Source: Bacilli bacterium (GTDB lineage Bacteria; Bacillota_I; Bacilli_A; RF39; UBA660). Taken from it: a stretch of 59,115 nt of DNA. The stretch's first letter is position 1, and each line of letters opens with the position of its first letter. Where the stretch lies: the NCBI GenBank assembly GCA_017442305.1, contig JAFRZY010000014.1, forward strand, positions 1-59,115, written 5' to 3'. Under the pieces are notes generated by a model. The model saw nothing but the letters and a program-made list of their open reading frames with translations, ran no database searches and was not told the DNA's origin. Below are positions 36,879 to 45,590 of this stretch, in pieces. The position numbers and the translations under genes were made by a program.

Positions 36879-38381
36879 ATGTTAGAAATAAAAGATTTAA
36901 CTATATCTATTAATGATAGATATTTAATTAAGAATTTAAATTTAATACTAAATAATAGTGATAAACTTGCTATTATTGGTGAAGAAGGAAATGGAAAATC
37001 CACTCTATTAAAATCCATTCTAGGCATTTGTGAATATGCTGAGATAAGTGGAAATATTAATCTAAAAGGTAATAGAATTGGTTATCTAGAACAATCTATT
37101 AGTGCTGATAAACTAGATCAAAGTGTATATGAATTTTTATTTGTAGACGAAACTGATTATTATGATAAAGTTAATAATCTATATAAATATCTAGAATTAA
37201 TTAATTTAACTGACGATATATTAAAACAAAAAATTAGAACATTATCAGGCGGAGAAAAAGTCAAAATTAGTATTTTGAAATTATTATTGAATGAATATGA
37301 TATTTTATTTCTAGATGAGCCAACTAATGATTTAGATATTGAAACATTAGAGTGGTTAGAAAAATTTATTAATAGTACAAATAAACCAATTATATATGTT
37401 TCACATGATGAAACTCTACTTGCTAATACAGCAAATATGATTCTACATTTAGAGCAAATAAAAAAGAAAACTGAATGCAGACATACATTATTAAAAATTG
37501 GTTATGATACCTATGTTGAACAAAGACTTAGAAAAATAGAAAAGCAAACACAAGTTGCAAGATCTGAAAAAAGAAAATTTACCAAACAACATGAAAAACT
37601 GCAAAGAATAATGCAAAAAGTTGAATATCAGCAAAATACAATTTCAAGAGCAGATCCACATGGTGCCAAAGTTTTAAAAAAGAAAATGCATTCTTTAAAG
37701 TCACAAGAGAAAAAATTAGATGAAGCTGAATTAACTGAAGTACCAGATGTTGAGGAAAGTATTAGTTTCTTTTTTGAAGATGTTGAAATGCCAAGGACAA
37801 AGAATATTATCAATTTAAACATTGATGAATTAAAAGTATCTGATAAGATATTATCTAAAAACATAAAGTTAGATGTAATTGGTAATATACATTTATGTAT
37901 TATAGGTAAAAATGGTGTTGGTAAATCTACTCTAATAAAATTAATTTATAACGAATTAAAAGATAGAAATGATATTAAGGTTGGATATATGCCGCAAACA
38001 TATGATGATATTCTAAATAATTATGAATATGTATTGGATTTTATTTCTTCACAAGGCAATAAAGAGGAGATTACTAAAGCAAGACTACTTTTAGGTAATA
38101 TGAAATTTACTAAAGAAGAGATGATTGGAAAAATAAAGAATTTAAGTAATGGATCAAAAGCAAAGTTATTTCTTGTTAAATTAGTGTTAGATAAATGTAA
38201 TGTTTTAATACTTGATGAACCTACAAGAAATGTTAGTCCTTTATCTAATCCAATTATTAGAAAAGTATTAAGTGAATATGATGGAACAATTATAAGTGTA
38301 TCTCATGATCGAAAATATATTAATGAAACAATAGATAATTTATATATTTTAACAACAGAAGGTTTATTAAAAGAAAAATAA
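36879..38381 (+). CDS. ABC-F family ATPase (tandem NBDs without TMDs; ARE-type ribosomal protection candidate)
   Basis: NBD1: GEEGNGKST, LSGGEK, LFLDEPTNDLD. NBD2: GKNGVGKST, LSNGSKAKL, LILDEPTRNVS. A ~100-aa K/R/Q-rich linker separates them, there are no membrane segments, and the length is 500 aa. Confidence 0.85.
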   Translation: MLEIKDLTISINDRYLIKNLNLILNNSDKLAIIGEEGNGKSTLLKSILGICEYAEISGNINLKGNRIGYLEQSISADKLDQSVYEFLFVDETDYYDKVNNLYKYLELINLTDDILKQKIRTLSGGEKVKISILKLLLNEYDILFLDEPTNDLDIETLEWLEKFINSTNKPIIYVSHDETLLANTANMILHLEQIKKKTECRHTLLKIGYDTYVEQRLRKIEKQTQVARSEKRKFTKQHEKLQRIMQKVEYQQNTISRADPHGAKVLKKKMHSLKSQEKKLDEAELTEVPDVEESISFFFEDVEMPRTKNIINLNIDELKVSDKILSKNIKLDVIGNIHLCIIGKNGVGKSTLIKLIYNELKDRNDIKVGYMPQTYDDILNNYEYVLDFISSQGNKEEITKARLLLGNMKFTKEEMIGKIKNLSNGSKAKLFLVKLVLDKCNVLILDEPTRNVSPLSNPIIRKVLSEYDGTIISVSHDRKYINETIDNLYILTTEGLLKEK

Positions 38382-38414
38382 ATATGTGATCATAACTACA
38401 AATTACAATTTATT

Positions 38415-38454
38415 AAGCAGATCTATAATAAGATTTGCTTTTTTATGTTATAAT
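38415..38454 (+). terminator. Terminator of the ABC-F cassette, fused to the next extended -10 promoter
   Basis: AAGCAGATCT / AGATTTGCTT stem followed by T4, then TGtTATAAT (38446-54). Confidence 0.75.
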
Positions 38455-38479
38455 GATTATAGAAAGGTAGGTGGTTTTA

Positions 38480-38944
38480 ATGAAAAACAAAAAATGGGTT
38501 AATAGTGTTGTTTTAGTTTTAGGATTAGTAGTTATTTTAGCAGGCATAATATTTTTGTTGCCAAAAAATGAAAGATCAATATATTGTGTAATGGAAGATG
38601 CAACAAAAGAAAATAAAATGGAAATTTATTATGATTTTAAGGATGGGGAAGTATATAGATATTCAATAGTCAATACAAATAAATTGACTGACAATATCAA
38701 TATTGATGCATACAAAGAATTGATTCAAAAATCTAATGATAAGTATAAAGGTGCAACAAGTAAGTTTTGGAAAGATGACAATACTTATATGACAACAGAA
38801 ATATATAATTTAGATTTATTAACAGAAAATGAATTTAAAGAAATAACAGGTATGTCGATAAAAGATATAAAATCTAAAACAAGAAAAGAAATAATAGAGT
38901 CTATTATCCCAATGGGCGAAGATGGAAGTTTCAAATGCAACTAA
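38480..38944 (+). CDS. N-terminally anchored extracytoplasmic protein (moron cassette 3)
   Basis: MKNKKW followed by one TM helix and a soluble ~120-aa domain. No recognisable family. Confidence 0.6.
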   Translation: MKNKKWVNSVVLVLGLVVILAGIIFLLPKNERSIYCVMEDATKENKMEIYYDFKDGEVYRYSIVNTNKLTDNINIDAYKELIQKSNDKYKGATSKFWKDDNTYMTTEIYNLDLLTENEFKEITGMSIKDIKSKTRKEIIESIIPMGEDGSFKCN

Positions 38945-38980
38945 TTTCAAATTACAATTTATCAATTAGATCATAAACTT

Positions 38981-39013
38981 GTCAGTATATGTCAGTACAC
39001 TTAGTGCTATAAT
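38981..39013 (+). promoter_or_regulatory. Candidate late promoter: GTCAGTA direct repeats plus extended -10
   Basis: GTCAGTA at 38981-87 and 38991-97, and TGcTATAAT at 39005-13. There is no -35 at consensus spacing. Confidence 0.5.
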
Positions 39014-39021
39014 GATATCAT

Positions 39022-39055
39022 AAGAGGATTATCCAGAAGGGTAATTCTTTTTTTA
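39022..39055 (+). terminator. Promoter-proximal hairpin plus U-tract (attenuator) ahead of the late operon
   Basis: AAGAGGATTATCC / GGGTAATTCTTT 13-bp stem (3 G-U pairs) with loop AGAA, followed by a T-run. Confidence 0.55.
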
Positions 39056-39077
39056 TGCAACAAAGGGTGTGGATAAG

Positions 39078-39461
39078 ATGATGAAGACATGTTCAGTATG
39101 TGGGAGAATCCATGACATCAATAAAACTTGTTATAGGAATAAAAAGAAACCTAAGAAAACAGCCAATCAGTTCAGGGATACATACGAGTGGAAGGAAAAA
39201 AGAAACCAGATAAGGAACAGAGATAAACATCTGTGCCAGATATGTCTAGAAGGTAAGTACGATACATTCTACAGATATAACTATAATCAATTAGAAGTAC
39301 ATCACATCATACCAATAGAAGAAGATAGTTCTAAAAAATTAGATAGTGAAAACCTAATCACATTGTGCAATATGCATCATAAGATGGCAGAAGACAATAA
39401 AATTAGCAGAGAAGAATTGCAAGAGATAGTAGCCAGGAAATATAGAACCCCCCAGGCATAA
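39078..39461 (+). CDS. HNH endonuclease (terminase-associated type)
   Basis: CxxC...C zinc ligands, EVHHIIP and LCNMHH motifs. Confidence 0.85.
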   Translation: MMKTCSVCGRIHDINKTCYRNKKKPKKTANQFRDTYEWKEKRNQIRNRDKHLCQICLEGKYDTFYRYNYNQLEVHHIIPIEEDSSKKLDSENLITLCNMHHKMAEDNKISREELQEIVARKYRTPQA

Positions 39462-39556
39462 TCAAAGCAATTCTTTTTATTTTTTCTCCACCCACAGCCC
39501 ACCTACATTCACACAATTTTAATTTTTACATGAGTTTTTTGGAAAGGAAGGATTAG

Positions 39557-40900
39557 ATGAGAAGATATGAGAATGTAAAAATATCAGTCCTGAAGCCATA
39601 CGAAAACAATGCCAGAACACATAGCCAGGAGCAAGTAGAGAAGATAGCCAATTCAATAAAAGAGTTCGGTTTCATCAATCCGGTACTGATAGATAGTGAC
39701 TATGGAATAATAGCAGGGCATGGAAGAGTATTAGCAGGACAATTATTAGGGATGGAAGAAGTCCCATGTTTATTTATTGAGGATTTAACAGAAACACAAA
39801 AAAGAGCCTACATATTAGCTGATAATAAATTAGCTTTAGATGCAGGATGGGATGATGAAATATTAAGACAGGAAATCCTAGCACTCGACAAATTAGATTT
39901 TGATGTTTCATTAGCAGGATTTGATATCAATGATTTTGATTTTACACAGGAAGACATAGAGTTCCAGGAAGATGACTATGATGTAGAAGCATCATTACCA
40001 GAAATACCAAAAGCAAAACCAGGAGATGTCTATCAGCTAGGAAGACACAGATTGATGTGTGGAGATAGTACAAGCCAGGAAGACATTGATAAGTTAGTAA
40101 ATGGAGCAGTAATGGATTTATGTGTAACGGATCCACCATACAATGTTAACTATGGTTCAATAAATGAAACAGGATACGGAAAAGAAAGAGAAAACGGAAA
40201 TAAAATATTGAATGATAATATGGATGATGAATCGTTCTACCTATTCCTAAATGCATTTTATGAACAGATGTTAAGAGTGCTAAAGGAAGGTGGAGCATAT
40301 TACATATTCCATGCAGATACAGAAGGCTATAATTTTAGAAAAGCATTAAGAGATGCCGGAGGTCAGGTAAAACAAAATCTAATATGGGTAAAAAATGCAT
40401 TGGTGCTTGGAAGACAGGACTATCAGTGGAAACATGAGCCTTGTCTATATGGCTGGAAGGAAGGAGCAGGTCATTATTTTATAAATGACAGAACACAAAC
40501 TACGGTGTTTGAAGATAAAGCTGATTTAGATAAATATACCAAAGATGAATTAAAAGAATTAATTGGAGAAATATTAGCTGATAAACTTCCGACAACAGTA
40601 ATCCATGAAGATAAGCCACAAAAGAACGATGTTCACCCAACCATGAAACCAATTAAATTAATTTCTAGGTTAGTTAAGAATAGCAGTAGACAGGGAGAAA
40701 ATGTAATTGATTTCTTCGGTGGCTCAGGTTCAACATTAATAAGTTGTGAACATCTAGGAAGAAATTGTTACACAATAGAATTAGATCCTAAATATGTAGA
40801 TGTCATAATTGACCGATGGGAAACTTTAACAGGAGAAACAGCAATAAAATTAATCGAAGGTGTAGTAACAGAAAAAGAATTAGAGGAGGAAGAAGAATGA
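39557..40900 (+). CDS. ParB-like nuclease domain fused to an N6A/N4C DNA methyltransferase
   Basis: N-terminal ParB box IIAGHGR, methyltransferase motif IV DPPYN, and a C-terminal SAM-binding motif DFFGGSGST. Confidence 0.85.
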   Translation: MRRYENVKISVLKPYENNARTHSQEQVEKIANSIKEFGFINPVLIDSDYGIIAGHGRVLAGQLLGMEEVPCLFIEDLTETQKRAYILADNKLALDAGWDDEILRQEILALDKLDFDVSLAGFDINDFDFTQEDIEFQEDDYDVEASLPEIPKAKPGDVYQLGRHRLMCGDSTSQEDIDKLVNGAVMDLCVTDPPYNVNYGSINETGYGKERENGNKILNDNMDDESFYLFLNAFYEQMLRVLKEGGAYYIFHADTEGYNFRKALRDAGGQVKQNLIWVKNALVLGRQDYQWKHEPCLYGWKEGAGHYFINDRTQTTVFEDKADLDKYTKDELKELIGEILADKLPTTVIHEDKPQKNDVHPTMKPIKLISRLVKNSSRQGENVIDFFGGSGSTLISCEHLGRNCYTIELDPKYVDVIIDRWETLTGETAIKLIEGVVTEKELEEEEE

Positions 40901-41679
40901 TAGAAAAAGTAAATCCAGCTCATCCAGATAAAATAGCAGATAGGATAGCAGGAGCAATAGTAGACTTAGCCTACAAAAAAAATAGTAATCCAAAAGTAGC
41001 AGTAGAGGTGTTGATAGGTCATGGAGTATGTCATGTGATAATAGAAACATCTGAAACTTTTACTATTGATGAAGTTGAAAAAGCAGTAAAAAGAATAGCA
41101 GGAGATGTAGCTCTAGACTTAGTAGTTGAAAAGCAAGATGAACATCTAGCCAAGAATCAATCAGATAAAGTTAGATGTGGGGATAATGGAATATTTAAAG
41201 GTGTACCATTAACAGAAGCAGAAATAAAATTATCTAGCTATGCAAAAGATATATATGCTAAGAACCCATTTGATGGTAAATACATATTAGATGGAGATAG
41301 ATTAATAATTTGTCAAAGTAATACAGAAGAAAATGATATCTATGAAGACTATCCAAATGCAATAGTAAATCCGTTAGGATATTGGACAGGAGGAATTAAT
41401 GTAGATACCGGAGCAACAAATAGAAAGCTAGGATCTGATATGGCACAAAGTGTAACCGGTGGAGGATTACATGGAAAAGATTTATCTAAAGCTGATGTAT
41501 CAGTAAATATCTATGCATTCAGAAAAGCTCAAGAATTAAATAAACCTGTACAATTTAGCTGTGCAATCGGAGATGAAATCATAGATGGAAAACCATATAG
41601 TGAAATAGTAGAAGAAGCCAGAGAATACATAAATAAAATTGGTGGATTTGAAAAGTTTGCTGAATGGGGATTATTTTAG
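40897..41679 (+). CDS. Miniature MetK-like S-adenosylmethionine synthetase homologue (260 aa)
   Basis: HPDKIADRIAGAIVD, GDNGIFKG and GGGLHGKDLSKADVS match the MetK blocks GHPDKIADQISDAVLD, GDQGLMFGYA and GGGAFSGKDPSKVDRS. ATGA overlap with the methyltransferase stop. Confidence 0.65.
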   Translation: MIEKVNPAHPDKIADRIAGAIVDLAYKKNSNPKVAVEVLIGHGVCHVIIETSETFTIDEVEKAVKRIAGDVALDLVVEKQDEHLAKNQSDKVRCGDNGIFKGVPLTEAEIKLSSYAKDIYAKNPFDGKYILDGDRLIICQSNTEENDIYEDYPNAIVNPLGYWTGGINVDTGATNRKLGSDMAQSVTGGGLHGKDLSKADVSVNIYAFRKAQELNKPVQFSCAIGDEIIDGKPYSEIVEEAREYINKIGGFEKFAEWGLF

Positions 41680-41691
41680 GAGTAATAACAC

Positions 41692-42054
41692 ATGAATAAA
41701 ATGTCCTTAAACGAACAGGCACAAGAAATCTTAAGGATAGCAGAACAGCACGGAGTAGAACAAAACTTTTTCTTCTTAACTACTTTTAAAAGATACCAGG
41801 TACAATTACAAATACTAAATGACCTAGAAAAAACAATAAAGGAAGATGGAACATTAGTAACTAAAGAATATGTCAAAGGAAGAAAAAATGTTTATTCACA
41901 TCCAGCCATATCTGACTATAACAGAACTACAGATAGTGCAAATAAGACAGTAAGTACATTGATGAAGATAATCATCTCGTTACGAAAAGATGATGTTACA
42001 GAAGAGGATGATCCACTGCTACAAATAATAGCAGGTGGCTCAATTGAAAAATAA
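41692..42054 (+). CDS. terS: Terminase small subunit (P27 family)
   Basis: 120 aa with a P27-like FFLTTFKRYQVQLQILNDLEK...HPAIS pattern. Directly upstream of terL. Confidence 0.7.
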   Translation: MNKMSLNEQAQEILRIAEQHGVEQNFFFLTTFKRYQVQLQILNDLEKTIKEDGTLVTKEYVKGRKNVYSHPAISDYNRTTDSANKTVSTLMKIIISLRKDDVTEEDDPLLQIIAGGSIEK

Positions 42055-43729
42055 GGCATACCAATATGCATCAGATGTAGTAACCGGAAAAGTAGAAGCA
42101 CCAAAGTATGTCATAAAACAATGTGAGAGCTTTCTGGAGATAGCAAATGATAAGAACCCAAAATATAAAATCAATGAAAAAAAAGTAAAGCAGATAGAAT
42201 CAATCCTGAAGCTGTTAATAATGCCAAAAGGTTTAAAGGCAGGACAAACGATATACCAATGCTCGTGTGGATACCAATGGGTATTCTACATATCAATTCT
42301 ATGTGTTGTTTACAGAAGCAATCCAAATAAGAGAAGATATGAAACAGCTATTCTAGAGATAGCCAGAAAGAACTTTAAGACCTATACAATAGCAACGATA
42401 TTCATCTTGCTTTTTTTATTGGAACCAAAGTATTCAAAGTTTTATTCAGTAGCTCCAGATGGATCGTTATCTCGTGAAGTTAAAACAGCAATAGAAGAAA
42501 CATTGAAATCAAGTCCACTTATTTATCTACATAAAGAAAGTAAGAGATTTAAGATACTAAGAGATTACATACAATTTAATTTAACAGAAAGTAGATATTA
42601 TCCGTTGAACTACTCATCAAGCCGTATGGATGGAAAACTTCCAAATGTATTCCTAGCAGATGAGGTAGGAGCATTACCAAATCCATATGCAATAGAATCC
42701 ATGAGGTCAGGACAATTGAATATTCTGAATAAATTAGGATGTATAATCTCGACTAAGTATCCTACAATCAATAATCCGTTTGAAGATGAAGTATCATATG
42801 CAAAAAGAGTATTAGATGGAATAGAACCAGATGAAACCATATTTGCACTTTTATATGAACCAGATGAAGAAACAATAAATAAATGGACTACTGATGACAC
42901 AGTGCTAAAACAATCAAATCCAGTAGCTTTAGAAATACCAGAAATCTGGGAAGATTTAGTTAAGAAAAGAGCTAAGGCAATAGCAGTAGAATCAGTAAGA
43001 GAAAACTTCTTAACAAAACACTGCAATATCATATACCAGGGAATGGGAACTGAGAGCTATATAGATGTAAATGAAGTTATGAGTTGTAAGGTAGCTAAGA
43101 TAGATTGGACAGGCAGAAAAGTGTACATAGGAGTAGACTTAGCCATGACCAATGATAACTGTGCCGTAGCAATGGTATCAGAAGATGACCACGAAATACT
43201 TGCTGATGTATTTGCATTTATTCCAGAAGGAAGAATAGAAGAAAAGAATAAGTTTGAAAGAATCAACTACTACGATTTTATAAAAACAATGAAATGTATA
43301 GCCTGTGGAAATAAGACAGTTGACTATGGGATAATCGAAGATTTCGTATTCCAAATAGAAGAGAAATATAAAGTAACAATTATGGCAATAGGATATGACC
43401 GATACAATGCTTTATCATCAGCTCAAAAATGGGATAAGAAATATAACACAATAGTCATAAGACAACATAGTGATACATTACATAGTCCAACGAAATTATT
43501 ATATGAAAAAATATTGGATCGTAAGTTCCGATATGAAGAGAATAAATTATTAGAAATCAACTTCGAAAATGCACGATGCACCTATGACACTAACATGAAT
43601 AGGTACATAACTAAAAAAAGAAGCCAGGGAAAAGTAGATATGGTAGTAGCATTAATAAATGCAGTACACCTTCTACAACAAGATGTATTCCTAGATAACG
43701 ATGACTTCTTTGTACAGATAATTGAGTAA
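42035..43729 (+). CDS. terL: Terminase large subunit
   Basis: 564 aa of the Terminase_1 type, with an ATPase region (FLADEVGALP Walker B-like) and a C-terminal nuclease region. GTG start overlapping terS. Confidence 0.85.
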   Translation: MAQLKNKAYQYASDVVTGKVEAPKYVIKQCESFLEIANDKNPKYKINEKKVKQIESILKLLIMPKGLKAGQTIYQCSCGYQWVFYISILCVVYRSNPNKRRYETAILEIARKNFKTYTIATIFILLFLLEPKYSKFYSVAPDGSLSREVKTAIEETLKSSPLIYLHKESKRFKILRDYIQFNLTESRYYPLNYSSSRMDGKLPNVFLADEVGALPNPYAIESMRSGQLNILNKLGCIISTKYPTINNPFEDEVSYAKRVLDGIEPDETIFALLYEPDEETINKWTTDDTVLKQSNPVALEIPEIWEDLVKKRAKAIAVESVRENFLTKHCNIIYQGMGTESYIDVNEVMSCKVAKIDWTGRKVYIGVDLAMTNDNCAVAMVSEDDHEILADVFAFIPEGRIEEKNKFERINYYDFIKTMKCIACGNKTVDYGIIEDFVFQIEEKYKVTIMAIGYDRYNALSSAQKWDKKYNTIVIRQHSDTLHSPTKLLYEKILDRKFRYEENKLLEINFENARCTYDTNMNRYITKKRSQGKVDMVVALINAVHLLQQDVFLDNDDFFVQIIE

Positions 43730-43741
43730 AGGAGGTGGAAG

Positions 43742-44977
43742 ATGAGAATAAGAGATTTATTCCGAAGAAGAGCTGAAGAGGAAACAACAAAGCCACAGAC
43801 AGAAGAGTCAGCAAGTGATGTTTTACTTAAAGCAATTCTAAGAGGAGAAACAATTGACAAAGATAAGGCAATGTCACTACCAGCAGTAGCCAGTGCAGTA
43901 GATAGAATATGCAACACCGTAGCAATGATACCGATAAGGTTATATCGAGAAGTTCAGGATGAAAAGACAGGAAAAACTAAAGTAGAAGAAGTTAAAGATG
44001 ATCCAAGAATAAAATTGTTAAATATAGATCCAGGAGATACATTGGATGCATTCCAATTAAGAAAAGCTTGGGTACAAGATTATTTGTTGGATAAAGGTGG
44101 ATATTTATTTATAGAAAAACAAAAAAATAAATTTAAAAGTCTGAGATATGTAGAAGCATCACATGTATCGATTAACACTAATACTGATCCTATTTTTAAA
44201 GATATAACATACATGGTAAATGGAAAAACATATGAAACATTTAACTTTATTACAATACTAAGAAGCACCAAGAATGGAGGCTCAGGAAAAAGTGTAATTG
44301 GAGAAGTATCAACAGCTATTGAAAATGCATATCAAACATTGATGTATGAGCTCGGACTTGTAAAAACAGGAGGAGCAAAAAAAGGATTTATAACTTCACA
44401 AAGAAAACTTGGAGAAAAAGAAATAACAATGCTGAAACAAGCATGGTCTAATTTGTATTCAAACAAAAGTGAAAATGCAATTGTCTTGAATGAAGGAATG
44501 GATTTTAAAGAAGGATCTAGTACAACAGTAGAACTTCAATTAAATGAAAGAAAGAAAACATTACAGGAAGAAATAGACCACATATTTCATAACAAAGAGA
44601 ACTTTGATGAATTTATGAAAGAAGCTATTATGCCAATACTAACAGCAATTAAAATAGCTTTGAATAAAGACTTACTACTCGAAAAAGAGAAGGAGTCTTT
44701 TTATTTTGAATTTGATACCAGGGAAATAAGTAGAGGAAACATTAAAGAAAGATATGAAGCCTACAAAATAGCATCAGAAACAGGATGGATATCAAAAAAT
44801 GAAATCAGATATCTAGAAGACTATGACAGCATTGAAGGACTTGATGTCATAACTTTAAATCTTGGAAATGTAGTATTCGATACTACAACAGGACAATACT
44901 ATACCCCAAATACAAATTCAATAGTAGACATGCATAGCACCGGAGAAGGAGGTGGTACAGATGAAGGTGGAAGTTAG
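43742..44977 (+). CDS. Portal protein (HK97 family)
   Basis: 411 aa, positioned between terL and the prohead protease. Confidence 0.8.
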   Translation: MRIRDLFRRRAEEETTKPQTEESASDVLLKAILRGETIDKDKAMSLPAVASAVDRICNTVAMIPIRLYREVQDEKTGKTKVEEVKDDPRIKLLNIDPGDTLDAFQLRKAWVQDYLLDKGGYLFIEKQKNKFKSLRYVEASHVSINTNTDPIFKDITYMVNGKTYETFNFITILRSTKNGGSGKSVIGEVSTAIENAYQTLMYELGLVKTGGAKKGFITSQRKLGEKEITMLKQAWSNLYSNKSENAIVLNEGMDFKEGSSTTVELQLNERKKTLQEEIDHIFHNKENFDEFMKEAIMPILTAIKIALNKDLLLEKEKESFYFEFDTREISRGNIKERYEAYKIASETGWISKNEIRYLEDYDSIEGLDVITLNLGNVVFDTTTGQYYTPNTNSIVDMHSTGEGGGTDEGGS

Positions 44978-45587
44978 AAATGGAAAAATCGTAATAGATG
45001 GCTATGTCAATGCAGTAGAAAGAACATCCAAAGTCTTGTGTGATACCAGAGGACAATTCGTAGAAAGAATACGATCAGGAGTATTTCAAAGAGCCTTAGA
45101 AAAAGCAGAAAATGTCCTGGTGTTATTAAATCACGAAAGAGATAGGGAATTAGCTGATACCAAGAGTGGAAAAGCTAAGTTATACGAAGACAACATTGGA
45201 TTAAGAGCCATTGTAGAAGTCGAGGATCCAGAAGTAATACAGAAAGCCAAAGACAACAAATTAAGAGGTTGGTCATTTGGTTTTTTATGTAATAAAGAAG
45301 ATAGAAAAGTCAATGATGATGGAATAGAAGAAAGAATCGTCAGAGATTTGGATCTTCTAGAAGTCTCAATTATAGATGATAGAAAGTATCCGGCATACAT
45401 CGGAACTAGCATCGAAATGAGAGATGACCAAGTAAAACTTATTGAATATCGTGGAGAAGAATCACAAACGATAGACATAAGACAGGAAACTAAAGAGGAG
45501 CCTGAACAACATGCCGATAAGGAAGTTGTCAAAATAGATTATTCAGATTATGAAGAAAGATTAAGAAAGATAAGAGAGGAGAAATAG
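44961..45587 (+). CDS. Prohead maturation protease (HK97 family)
   Basis: Positioned between portal and capsid. ATG follows GAAGGAGGTGG. About 208 aa. Confidence 0.75.
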   Translation: MKVEVRNGKIVIDGYVNAVERTSKVLCDTRGQFVERIRSGVFQRALEKAENVLVLLNHERDRELADTKSGKAKLYEDNIGLRAIVEVEDPEVIQKAKDNKLRGWSFGFLCNKEDRKVNDDGIEERIVRDLDLLEVSIIDDRKYPAYIGTSIEMRDDQVKLIEYRGEESQTIDIRQETKEEPEQHADKEVVKIDYSDYEERLRKIREEK

Positions 45588-45590
45588 AAT

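Noticed and set aside
40816-40896. Upstream 27-codon extension of the MetK-like ORF given in the ORF track.
   Set aside because: The extension lies inside the methyltransferase gene in another frame and is basic junk. The ATG at 40897 overlaps the methyltransferase stop (ATGA) and begins the conserved MetK N-terminus.
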